DNA of 32,000 nt from positions 60,001 through 92,000 of the forward strand of contig NZ_FNLK01000006.1 in the NCBI RefSeq assembly GCF_900105015.1. Direction: 5' to 3'. This document shows, piece after piece, positions 14,516-23,289 of the stretch (positions are counted from its first letter, which is position 1; every line of letters begins with the position of its first letter). The notes below the pieces were generated by a model, which was not told where the DNA came from, did not search any database, and worked only from the letters and a program-made list of their open reading frames with translations. The stretch is from Schaalia meyeri. Lineage in GTDB: Bacteria; Actinomycetota; Actinomycetes; Actinomycetales; Actinomycetaceae. Both the position numbers and the translations under genes were made by a program.

Positions 14516-15361
14516 TCTCCGTGTGCCTGCTCCCTGTCCGCCACGACGACGGCCCAGCACTATCTCCCAGATACTGTTTCCCCGCATGTCTGTTTCCTAA
14601 TCCAGATGCAGGGCTGCTGTCAACATCGCCCAAAAAGCGGTGCCTGCGATTGGCGACCCGCCCGAACACATGGTCTACCGCTGGTGTCGCTGCCTTTTGC
14701 AGTTGGTGCGACTGAAACTTTCACCGCCCTGCTGCCTGCCAAACGGTGTTTTCGGCCGATTGTGAGCAAGCAGGGGCGGTGTCGGTTTCGTGAAGGCGTG
14801 AGCGTCGGGAGACTGGGGCGGTCTTGGTTTCATGGTGGCACTGGTGGCCGGGACACGGGGGAAGTCTGGGTTGCGTGGATGCCTTAGCGGCAGGGTCTTG
14901 AGGTGCTTCTGGCGTCCGAAGGCCAAGGGAATACAAGCCGTGTCGGACGTTGGGCCCCAGACCGGCCAATGGCACGGAGCTGACGTTGAGGCCAGTAACC
15001 CCACGCTCTGCGCGGTCAGCACCCTCCTGCGAGTCCCTGCCTCCCGGCCGCGACGGTCGCCGAAGCACTCGGAAGGACCCCTGCGACCTCGTTCAGGGCC
15101 GGTTTGCCAAAGAAGCAAAACCCAGGCTCACCTACCCGAATTACGCAAAAGAAATACCCGTTAAAATTGCGTAATTAGTGATGGTGTGAGTGCGAAAATA
15201 GGGTCCGATAACCCGGGATGGAGCGTTGGAATTGCAATGAAAACTCAGGTCGTTTGGAACGCGTTGCAAAAAGGAGTATCACTGGAGTCAACAGCGCGGC
15301 CACCCGGTCGCGACCGGCCCAGTGAAAGGCCCCTAGGGGCCACGTTGTAAAGGAAACTCCA

Positions 15362-15637
15362 ATGGCAGACATGCCCCGCATCCTCGATTGCTCCGTCACC
15401 TCCTGCTCCTACAACAAGGACAAGAACTGTGGAGCCGCCGCCATCACCGTCGGCTACTCCACGTCCTGCACGACCTTCATCCCCCTGACCGTCAAGGGCG
15501 GCCTGGCCACTGCGAAGCCCTTCGTGGGAGCCTGCCAGAAGGCCGACTGCGTCCACAACTCCGCCCTCGAGTGCACCGCCGCCTCCATCTCGGTCGGCGC
15601 CGGCACGGCGGACTGCCTCTCCTTCGAGGCGCGCTGA
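15362..15637 (+). CDS. DUF1540 domain-containing Cys-rich protein (two repeats)
   Basis: An RBS AAGGAAA lies upstream. The translation is ILDCSVTSCSYNKDKNCGAAAITVG...CTTF followed by VGACQKADCVHNSALECTAASISVG...CLSF. Confidence 0.8.
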   Translation: MADMPRILDCSVTSCSYNKDKNCGAAAITVGYSTSCTTFIPLTVKGGLATAKPFVGACQKADCVHNSALECTAASISVGAGTADCLSFEAR

Positions 15638-15648
15638 CGCTTACGACC

Positions 15649-15692
15649 AACGAGGCCGCGACGGGCAAACCCGCCGCGGCCTCGTTCGTTTT
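15649..15692. terminator. Bidirectional hairpin terminator between convergent DUF1540 and TetR genes
   Basis: AACGAGGCCGCG (15649-15660) pairs with CGCGGCCTCGTT (15675-15686). An inner ACGGG/CCCG extension is present. CGTTTT follows the stem. Confidence 0.6.
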
Positions 15693-15697
15693 CCCCA

Positions 15698-16321
15698 TCA
15701 GCAGGCGCGAACCCGCAGCGTCGGGTGGGGTCGCAGGCCACGCTGGCCATTCCAAATGAGGTTGACGACGTGGGCGGCCACCTCGTCCTTATCCATGCGT
15801 CGGTCATCCAGCCACCACTGGCCGACCTGTGCGATCAATCCGACGAGCATCTGCGCGTACAGGGGAGACCAGGTGGTGTCGAAATTGGAGCGCTTGAACT
15901 GCTCGGCGATGATGTGTTCGACGCGTGTCGCGACGTCCCCCATGATCGAAGAAAAAGACCCGGCCCTGCGGTCCGACGGGGCGTCGCGCACCAGGACCCG
16001 GAACCCGTCCGTGTTTCTCTCAATGTAATCCAGCAGCCCCAGTGTCGCGTTCTCGAGGATCAGGCGCGGACGCTTAGAGGACTCCAGGGAGGACTGCAGG
16101 GACATGATCAGCGCCTGGACCTCACGGTCGACGATCACGGCGTACAGGCCTTCCTTGCCCCCGAAATGCTCGTAAACCACGGGCTTGGAGACCTTCGCGC
16201 GGGCGGCGATCTCTTCGACGCTGGTCGCACCAAAACCCTTTTCGGCGAACAGGGAGCGCCCAACGGCCACCAGCTGCTCGCGACGAGCGAACCCACTCAT
16301 CCGTGTCCTCTTCTCAGCCAT
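15698..16321 (-). CDS. TetR/AcrR family transcriptional regulator
   Basis: The N-terminal HTH reads RREQLVAVGRSLFAEKGFGATSVEEIAARAKVSKPVVYEHFGGKEGLY. It sits next to tRNA-Gln and glmU, a conserved position in Actinobacteria. Confidence 0.9.
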   Translation of the reverse strand: MAEKRTRMSGFARREQLVAVGRSLFAEKGFGATSVEEIAARAKVSKPVVYEHFGGKEGLYAVIVDREVQALIMSLQSSLESSKRPRLILENATLGLLDYIERNTDGFRVLVRDAPSDRRAGSFSSIMGDVATRVEHIIAEQFKRSNFDTTWSPLYAQMLVGLIAQVGQWWLDDRRMDKDEVAAHVVNLIWNGQRGLRPHPTLRVRAC

Positions 16322-16435
16322 GCCCCCAGTATCACACGGGACCAGGCAGCGACGAGGCCCATGAGGGCTCTTTGCCGCGCGCGTGGCCCGTTTGAAAGGC
16401 GCAGCGGGGTGCGGGTATCATCGCGGTGGACGCAT

Positions 16436-16506
16436 TCCGCCTTGGTGTAACGGCAGCACAGAGGTTTTTGGTGCCTTTAGTCTAGGTTCGAATCCTAGGG
16501 GCGGAG
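16436..16506 (+). tRNA. tRNA-Gln (anticodon TTG), CCA not encoded
   Basis: The cloverleaf was folded by hand. The acceptor is TCCGCCT/GGGCGGA. The D stem is GTGT/GCAC. The anticodon stem is GAGGT/GCCTT, with loop TT-TTG-GT. The T arm is CTAGG-TTCGAAT-CCTAG. Confidence 0.85.
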
Positions 16507-16546
16507 CGACCGGTCCCGATGGGACCGTTAACCCCTGAGGAGGAAC

Positions 16547-17596
16547 ATGTCTCGCCCCGCCGCCGTCATCGTCCTGGCCGCCGGTCAGGGAACGCGTATG
16601 AAATCGGCCCTCCCGAAGGTCGTTCACCCCCTGGCGGGCCTGTCCATGATCGGACACGCGCTGCGGGCCGCTCAAGGGCTTGATCCCCTCAACCTGGTCG
16701 CCGTCGTGCGCCACCAGCGCGACGTGGTTGCCGCCGAAATCGAGCGCGTCAGCCCCCGTGCAATCATCGCCGACCAGGACGATATTCCCGGCACCGGCCG
16801 CGCCGTCCAGTGCGGGCTGGAAGCCCTGGACGCCGCCGTCACCCCCGCCTCGGGCACGATTATCGTCACCTACGGCGACGTCCCTCTCCTGTCGTCGGCC
16901 ACACTGGCCGATCTGGTCGATACCCACGAGCGCGACGGCCACGCGGTCACCGTCCTGACCTCGCGCGTCGAGGACCCCACCGGCTACGGCCGCATCATTC
17001 GCGACGAATCCGGCACCGTCACCGCCATCGTCGAACAACGCGACGCGACCGAAGCACAGGCGCGCATCAACGAGATCAACGCGGGCATCTACGCGTTCGA
17101 CGCGGAGTTCTTGCGCGCCTCGCTGGCCACCCTTGGAAGCAACAATGACCAGGGCGAGGTGTACCTGACCGATGTCCTGGCAGCCGCAGCGCCCGCCGGG
17201 CGCAGCGCCGGAGCCCTGGATCTCGCTGACCACTGGCAGAGCGCGGGTGCAAACGACCGCGTCCAGTTGGCCGAACTCGGTGCCGAGCTGAACCGCCGCA
17301 TCTGCCGGGAGCACATGCGCTCCGGCGTGACCATCGTCGACCCCGCCTCCACGTGGATCGATGTCGACGCCCGGGTCGGCGCGGACACTACCATTTACCC
17401 GGGCACGAGCCTGCGGGGCCAGACCGTCGTTGGGGCCGCCTGTGAAATCGGTCCCAACGCGACGCTGATTGATGCGGAAGTCGGGGATCGCTGCGTGGTC
17501 CCCTCCGCGTGGGTCGGTAAGGGCTGCGTCGCAGCCGATACGATGGTGAAGCCATACACCACCATCGGCACACTGATCACGGCGCGTCGCGCCTGA
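16547..17596 (+). CDS. glmU: GlmU-like UDP-N-acetylglucosamine pyrophosphorylase, truncated within the left-handed beta-helix acetyltransferase domain (349 aa)
   Basis: The translation reads VIVLAAGQGTRMKSALPKVVHPLAG...GTGRAV...YGDVPLL...NAGIYAF...EVYLTDV...NDRVQLAEL...VTIVDP. Only about 85 aa of hexapeptide repeats follow. The stop is 24 nt before the prs start. Confidence 0.8.
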   Translation: MSRPAAVIVLAAGQGTRMKSALPKVVHPLAGLSMIGHALRAAQGLDPLNLVAVVRHQRDVVAAEIERVSPRAIIADQDDIPGTGRAVQCGLEALDAAVTPASGTIIVTYGDVPLLSSATLADLVDTHERDGHAVTVLTSRVEDPTGYGRIIRDESGTVTAIVEQRDATEAQARINEINAGIYAFDAEFLRASLATLGSNNDQGEVYLTDVLAAAAPAGRSAGALDLADHWQSAGANDRVQLAELGAELNRRICREHMRSGVTIVDPASTWIDVDARVGADTTIYPGTSLRGQTVVGAACEIGPNATLIDAEVGDRCVVPSAWVGKGCVAADTMVKPYTTIGTLITARRA

Positions 17597-17620
17597 TCCA
17601 ACGCAAGGAGAGACAACCGC

Positions 17621-18592
17621 ATGAGCGGATTGGTGACCACCGGAGAGAAGAACCTCGTCCTCGTTTCCGGACGAGCTCACATGGACCTGGCTCACGCAGT
17701 GGGTGAGGAAATCGGATGTGGGGTCTCGCCGGTGACGGCCTACGACTTCGCCTCCGGCGAGATTTACGTGCGCTTCAACGAATCCGTTCGCGGCGCCGAC
17801 GTGTTCGTCCTGCAGTCCATTGCGGGCGACATTAACAAGTGGCTCATGGAGCAGTTCATCATGATTGATGCCGCCAAGCGCGCCTCTGCGAAGCGCATCA
17901 CCGTGGTCGCCCCCTTCTATCCCTATTCGCGTCAGGATAAGAAGCATCAGGGCCGCGAACCCATCTCGGCGCGCCTCATGGCCGACCTGTACCGCGCGGC
18001 CGGCGCCGACCGCATCATGAGCGTCGACCTGCACGCCTCACAGGAACAGGGCTTCTTTGACGGCCCGGTCGACCACCTCTTTGCCATGCCCGTCCTGGTC
18101 GAGTACGTGCGCGGCCGCGTGGACATGTCCAACACGGCCATCGTTTCTCCTGACGCAGGCCGCATCCGCGTCGCCGAAAAGTGGTCAACGAAGCTGGGCG
18201 GCGCCCCCCTGGCGTTCGTCCACAAGACGCGCGACACGACCCGGCCGAATGTTGCCGTCGCGAACCGCGTCGTGGGCGATGTCGCGGGCAAGGAATGCGT
18301 CCTGGTGGACGACATGATCGACACCGCCGGCACGATCACCGAGGCCATCAAGGTCCTCAACGGCGCCGGGGCGAAGAAGGTCATCGTCGCGGCCACTCAC
18401 GGCATCCTCTCCGATCCGGCCACGCGTCGTCTCTCCGAGTCCGGCGCGGCCGAGGTGGTCATCACCGACACGCTGCCGATCGCCTCGGAGAAACGCTTCG
18501 CGCAGTTGACGGTGCTCTCCATCGCGCCGCTGCTGGCCCGCGCCATTCGCGAGGTTTTCGAAGACGGTTCGGTCACATCGCTGTTTAACTGA
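17621..18592 (+). CDS. prs: Ribose-phosphate pyrophosphokinase
   Basis: An RBS AAGGAGAG lies upstream. The translation shows VFVLQS...NKWLMEQFIMIDAAKRASAKRITVVAPFYPYSRQDKK and the PRPP-binding loop VLVDDMIDTAGTI. Confidence 0.92.
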   Translation: MSGLVTTGEKNLVLVSGRAHMDLAHAVGEEIGCGVSPVTAYDFASGEIYVRFNESVRGADVFVLQSIAGDINKWLMEQFIMIDAAKRASAKRITVVAPFYPYSRQDKKHQGREPISARLMADLYRAAGADRIMSVDLHASQEQGFFDGPVDHLFAMPVLVEYVRGRVDMSNTAIVSPDAGRIRVAEKWSTKLGGAPLAFVHKTRDTTRPNVAVANRVVGDVAGKECVLVDDMIDTAGTITEAIKVLNGAGAKKVIVAATHGILSDPATRRLSESGAAEVVITDTLPIASEKRFAQLTVLSIAPLLARAIREVFEDGSVTSLFN

Positions 18593-18757
18593 CCGGCTCC
18601 CGCTTCACATCCGCCCTCCCCGTGGGGTACCCTGTTGGGGTTGCTCCGGCGAGGGCGGATCCGTGTCCGCCGTTATCGACAGGGCCCGAATTGATGCGCG
18701 ACGCGTGTCCTTCGCTTTGCCGACACCGCAGCCGGACCTGAGAAACGAAGGAATAAC

Positions 18758-19351
18758 ATGAGCGACAACCCCGTCCTGCTGGCTGAAGAGCGCACCGAGT
18801 TCGGTAAGGGTGCGGCGCGCCGCACCCGCCGCGCCGCCAAGGTCCCCACTGTCCTCTACGGCCACGGCGCCGAGCCCCGTCACCTGGACGTGCCCGCCCA
18901 CGACCTCTTCCTCATCGTGCGCGGCACCAAGAACGCGCTCGTTGAGCTGAAGATCGAGGGAAAGTCCCAGCTGGCCCTGGTCAAGGAGGTTCAGGTTCAC
19001 CCCGTGCGCCGCAACATCCTGCACGCCGACTTCCTGGCCGTCAAGGCCGACGAGAAGGTCGACGTTGAGGTCGCCGTCATCGTCACCGGCGAGCCCGCTC
19101 CCGGCACCGTCCACACCGTCGAGGAGTTCACCATCTTGGTCAAGGCTCCCGCCACCGCCATCCCCGAGAGCCTGGAGGTCTCCATCGAAGGTGTCGAGGC
19201 CGGTTCCGCCGTGCGCGTCGCCGACCTGGTCCTGCCCACCGACGTTGAGGTCGAGCTCGACCCCGAGACGGTGATCGTGTCCGTCCAGGAAGCCGCCGCT
19301 GAGCAGAAAGAAGAAGCAGCCGAGGCCGACGCGGAGGCCGACGCCGAGTGA
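18758..19351 (+). CDS. rplY: 50S ribosomal protein L25/Ctc with an acidic C-terminal tail
   Basis: The translation reads [25 protein letters not shown]-like ([32 protein letters not shown]), then [15 protein letters not shown]. The tail is Glu/Ala-rich. Confidence 0.9.
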   Translation: [197 protein letters not shown]

Positions 19352-19374
19352 CACGCGCTTACTGACGCTCTGTG

Positions 19375-19402
19375 AAGGGGCGAGGCTGTGGCCTCGCCCC
19401 TT
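19375..19402 (+). terminator. Perfect 12-bp stem hairpin downstream of rplY
   Basis: AAGGGGCGAGGC (19375-19386), loop TGTG, then GCCTCGCCCCTT (19391-19402). There is no long T tract, as is common in high-GC Actinobacteria. Confidence 0.6.
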
Positions 19403-19426
19403 CCGCCTATCTGCGATACTTGAGGC

Positions 19427-20554
19427 ATGAGTGACCTCCACGTGATCATCCCCGCCGGCGGTGCCGGCACCCGCCTGTGGCCGCTGTCCCGCCGCCGCCG
19501 CCCGAAGTTCCTGCTGGATCTGGCGGGGACGGGGCGCTCGCTCCTGCAGGGAACGGTTGACCGGCTGGAGGAGGTAGCCTCGACGGTGACGATCGTGACG
19601 GGGCGAGACCACCGCGACGGCGTGCTCGCCCAGCTGCCCGAATTTGCCGCATCCCGGGAGCGTACCGTCCTCATTGAGCCCTCCGGGCGCGACTCCATGG
19701 CCGCGATCGGCCTGGCCGCCTACGTGGTTCGCGAACGCTTCGGGGACGACGCCATCGTCGGCTCCTTTGCTGCCGACCACCTGATCGCCCGGCCCGAGCT
19801 GCTCCGCGGCGCCGTCGAGGCGGCCTGCACCGCCGCGGCAGCCGGATACGTCGTGACGATCGGCCTGACGCCCACGGAGGCTTCGACCGCCTACGGGTAC
19901 ATCGCGCCGGGCCCGGCCTCGGGAGCCGGGGACCGGGCGGCGGATCCCGGCGCCGCCGGGCAAACCCGAACGGTCGCCGAGTTCGTGGAGAAGCCAGACG
20001 CGGCCACGGCAGCGCGCTACGTGAGCGAGGGGTACCTGTGGAACGCCGGCATGTTCATCGTCTCCGCCGGTCAGCTGGCCCACCACCTGGCCCGCCTCCT
20101 GCCCGACATGCATGCGCGCCTGGAAACCATCGCGCGCGCGTGGGACACCCCCGACTTCGAGCACACTCTGGAGGAAAACTGGCCGCACCTGACGAAGATC
20201 GCGATCGACCACGCCATCGCGGAACCCGTCGCGGCCGACGGGGGAGTGGCCGTCGTCCCCGCCGACGCCGACCTGGGATGGACCGACCTGGGCGACTTCG
20301 ACGCGCTGACCGCCATCGCCACCACCACCGGGCACCTGGGTGAGGCGCTGCGCGTCGAATCCGACGGTGCCGCCGTCTACGGCTCTACGGTGGGAGAAGC
20401 AGAGGACGGGCCGCTCGTCGCGCTCGTCGGGGTCCCTGACATCGCACTCGCTCTCACCCCCGACGCCATCCTCGTCACCCGACGGGACCGGGCGCAGGCG
20501 GTCAAAGCGATCGTCGAGGAACTGGCGGCAGGCGGGCGAACCGACCTGCTCTGA
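19427..20554 (+). CDS. Mannose-1-phosphate guanylyltransferase / NDP-sugar pyrophosphorylase
   Basis: The N-terminal motif is VIIPAGGAGTRLWPLSRRRRPKFLL. Further on are AYGYI, FVEKPD and WNAGMF. The size (375 aa) fits ManC-type enzymes. Confidence 0.8.
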   Translation: MSDLHVIIPAGGAGTRLWPLSRRRRPKFLLDLAGTGRSLLQGTVDRLEEVASTVTIVTGRDHRDGVLAQLPEFAASRERTVLIEPSGRDSMAAIGLAAYVVRERFGDDAIVGSFAADHLIARPELLRGAVEAACTAAAAGYVVTIGLTPTEASTAYGYIAPGPASGAGDRAADPGAAGQTRTVAEFVEKPDAATAARYVSEGYLWNAGMFIVSAGQLAHHLARLLPDMHARLETIARAWDTPDFEHTLEENWPHLTKIAIDHAIAEPVAADGGVAVVPADADLGWTDLGDFDALTAIATTTGHLGEALRVESDGAAVYGSTVGEAEDGPLVALVGVPDIALALTPDAILVTRRDRAQAVKAIVEELAAGGRTDLL

Positions 20555-20700
20555 ATGGGCCCGAGATGGCCTCCGACAGGTGTGGTTTCACGGCCGTTTC
20601 ACGCCGTTAGTGCGGTGAGGTGTGCCGTCCGCCCGGCCTCCAGCCGGGCGCGGCTGCTACCGTGATGGGCAGTAAGGCGCCCCGACGAAAGGCATTCGAC

Positions 20701-21882
20701 GTGAACAAGCGGACTATCGCCGCCCTCGCAACCACCGTGACAGCGGCCGCACTGGCCCTCGGCTCGTGCTCGACCACGCCCTCCGCCGTGTCCTCCGCGG
20801 ACGCGAAGGTGTGCGCCGCCATCTCGGGGGCACACGGGGACGCGTCGACGGATCCCGTGGCGACCGCTCTTAAAGGCGCAGCCGACGGTGCGGCCATCGC
20901 CTACGAGGCGGCATCCGGCCAGGGGGCGCCCGCTTCGCTCGCGGCATCGGGCTGCACCCTCATCGTCGGTGCGGACTCGACCATGGCCCAGTCCGTGTCG
21001 GAGGCCGCCAGAAACAATCCGCGAGTCAGGTTCGCCCTGGTCGGCGCCTCGTTCGTCAATGGCAAGGGATCCGCGACCTCGCTGAAGAACGGCTCTGTCG
21101 TCAACGTTGCCGCCTCGCAGGCCGCCTACCTCGCCGGGTACGCCTCCGCCGGCATGACGACCACCGGCACCCTCGGCGTCATCGGCGGCGTGCGCGACAA
21201 CGTTACGAGCGCGCAGATGTCCGCCTTCTCACAGGGGGTCGACGCCTACAACCGCGCGAACGGCACATCCATCAGCGTGCTCGGATGGAACACCGCGACC
21301 AATGACGGAACCTACGCCGAGAGCACCGATCAGGTTCAAAGCGCTGCCGCAGACTTCATTTCCCGCGGAGCGGACATCATCGTGCCGCTGGCGGGCGAAG
21401 CGAACATGGGTGCGGCGCGCGCCGTCACCGCGGCCGCAAACCCGCTGGTGCGCCTGGTGTGGTCCGGGCTGACCAAGGCGGATCTGAAGGGCCTGACCCG
21501 CGACGAAGCCCAGTCGCAGGGCGACGTGCCCATGTCCGGGCAGTCCGGGGCAAGCGCGCCCCAACGGGTCGATACCCAGTCCTTCGCGGACGCATTCAGC
21601 TACATCCAGATCTCCGATCAGGTTCGCGCCGCCATCGGCGCGCCCGTCCTGACCGGCATCGTCGTTGACTACGCGAAGGCCATGGAGACGCTGATTTCCG
21701 ATGCAACCGCGGGGGCAGACGCGTCAACTGTGTCCGTCTCGCTGGCATCGGGTGGTGTGATCCTCACGGGCTTCGGCGCCTACACGCCGATGCTGTCTTC
21801 CGACCTCAAGCTTGGGCTGTCCGACATGGCGGGCCAGATAGAAACCGGCGGCATGGTGGTGTCCACGCCTTTCGACGCGTGA
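20701..21882 (+). CDS. BMP-family (PnrA/Med-like) substrate-binding lipoprotein
   Basis: The signal peptide and lipobox read VNKRTIAALATTVTAAALALGSC. The body is BMP-like (LIVGADSTMAQSV...RFALVGASF...GYASAGMTTTGTLGVIGG). GTG 20701, preceded by GAAAGG, was chosen; ATG 20665 is also possible. No transporter partner genes are adjacent. Confidence 0.75.
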   Translation: MNKRTIAALATTVTAAALALGSCSTTPSAVSSADAKVCAAISGAHGDASTDPVATALKGAADGAAIAYEAASGQGAPASLAASGCTLIVGADSTMAQSVSEAARNNPRVRFALVGASFVNGKGSATSLKNGSVVNVAASQAAYLAGYASAGMTTTGTLGVIGGVRDNVTSAQMSAFSQGVDAYNRANGTSISVLGWNTATNDGTYAESTDQVQSAAADFISRGADIIVPLAGEANMGAARAVTAAANPLVRLVWSGLTKADLKGLTRDEAQSQGDVPMSGQSGASAPQRVDTQSFADAFSYIQISDQVRAAIGAPVLTGIVVDYAKAMETLISDATAGADASTVSVSLASGGVILTGFGAYTPMLSSDLKLGLSDMAGQIETGGMVVSTPFDA

Positions 21883-22105
21883 GTTGAGGCGCCACGCGCC
21901 GATCATTTCCCCGCCGAGACTCCCGCCCGCCGCACGAGCGCGGAAACTCGACTCATCGCCGCGCAGCCACGGCCTCGTTGATGATAGCCAGGACCAAACG
22001 GAAGCCGGCGCCCCTGCGCGGACCTGGAGCCTCACCGCAGGCTTCAAGACGGGCACGGATCATCCGGGGCGCCGCTATCCTGGGGGAAGCGATGCAGGAG
22101 GAAAC

Positions 22106-23254
22106 ATGCAGCTGACGAACGTGACGGATGTGCTCGCGCTGACTCGCCAAATGATCGACATCCCCTCGGTGTCGGATCAGGAAGGCCCACTGGCGGACGC
22201 GGTCGAATCCGCGCTGCGCGATGCGGGCTTCGGGTCGGTGCCGCCCCTTCAGATCCTGCGCGACGGGGACGCTGTGTTGGCGCGAACCCAGCTGGGACTC
22301 GGCCAGCGCGTCGTCCTGGCTGGGCACCTGGACACCGTGCCCATCGCGGATAACGTGCCCGGCCGCACCGAGGAGCGTGACGGTGTGGAGGTGTTGTGGG
22401 GCCGCGGCTCGGTCGACATGCTCGGCGGGTGCGCGGCTGCCCTGGCGCTCGCCTGCGAGGCCGGGAAAGCGGTACGCGGGGGAGCGTTCAGCGTGCTGAC
22501 ATCGGACGTTACGTGGATCTTTTATGACCACGAGGAGGTTGCCGCCCACCTCAATGGCCTGGGGCGCGTCCAACGCAATCACCCCGATTGGCTCGCGGGT
22601 GACCTGGCGTTGCTGGGGGAACCCACCGCCGGGCACGTGGAGGGCGGGTGCAACGGGACGCTGCGCGTCATCGCACACTTCCCGGGCCGGGCCGCGCACT
22701 CCGCGCGCGCCTGGATGGGCCACAACGCGATCCACGCGATGGCCCCCGTCATTATGCGAATCGCCGCCTACGGGAACCCCGTCGTCGACATCGACGGGCT
22801 GGACTTCCGCGAGTCCCTGTCGGTCGTGCGCGTGCGGGGCGGGGCCGCCAACAACGTGATCCCCGAGGCCGCCTCGATGACGGTCAACTACCGCTTCGCG
22901 CCCTCCACCCGCGCGTCGGACGCGCTGGCGTGGGTGCGGGGGCTCTTTGAGGGGACGGGAGCGCGAATCGAGGTCGACGACCTGTGCGAGGGCGCGCTCC
23001 CCGGCGCTCATTCGCCCATCGCCGAGCGTTTCCTGGCGGTCGCTCGCTCAGTCGCGGCCGAGAGGGGCTGTGAGCTGCGGATCGGCGCCAAGGTCGGGTG
23101 GACGGACGTCGCTCGCTTTTCCCAGGCGGGGGTGCCCGCCATGAACTTTGGCCCCGGGGATCCGCTGCTGGCGCACACGCGCGACGAACACGTGCCAGCA
23201 TCGGATATCGTCAGGGTGTACGATACGCTGCGCGCCTTCGTGCTCGCGCTGTAG
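22106..23254 (+). CDS. dapE: Succinyl-diaminopimelate desuccinylase (M20 family)
   Basis: The ATG follows the RBS GCAGGAGG. The translation reads LTRQMIDIPSVSDQEGPLADAVESAL...AVLARTQLGLGQRVVLAGHLDTVP...WGRGSVDM. The ORF-track start at 21884 is an upstream extension. Confidence 0.85.
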   Translation: MQLTNVTDVLALTRQMIDIPSVSDQEGPLADAVESALRDAGFGSVPPLQILRDGDAVLARTQLGLGQRVVLAGHLDTVPIADNVPGRTEERDGVEVLWGRGSVDMLGGCAAALALACEAGKAVRGGAFSVLTSDVTWIFYDHEEVAAHLNGLGRVQRNHPDWLAGDLALLGEPTAGHVEGGCNGTLRVIAHFPGRAAHSARAWMGHNAIHAMAPVIMRIAAYGNPVVDIDGLDFRESLSVVRVRGGAANNVIPEAASMTVNYRFAPSTRASDALAWVRGLFEGTGARIEVDDLCEGALPGAHSPIAERFLAVARSVAAERGCELRIGAKVGWTDVARFSQAGVPAMNFGPGDPLLAHTRDEHVPASDIVRVYDTLRAFVLAL

Positions 23255-23289
23255 CGGGCGCTTTGCGGCCCAGAATCAACCAGGGAGGC

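Noticed and set aside
14444-14887. The 147-aa ORF spanning the repeat array and downstream DNA.
   Set aside because: It starts inside the palindrome and has no RBS. The translation (MDRLLTYPEARNLSTKPFPIQVSVSPCAC...) has no protein-like features. It is most likely a chance ORF.
15237-15350. A 37-aa ORF (MKTQVVWNALQKGVSLEST...) in the DUF1540 leader.
   Set aside because: It has no convincing RBS. It runs through the two GC palindromes and has no recognisable composition or motif.
18609-18660. A long-range hairpin, ATCCGCCCTC...GAGGGCGGAT, between prs and rplY, considered as a ribosomal-protein leader.
   Set aside because: It could equally be the prs terminator. There is no T tract, and I can match it to no known L25 leader motif. 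The evidence is too weak to call.
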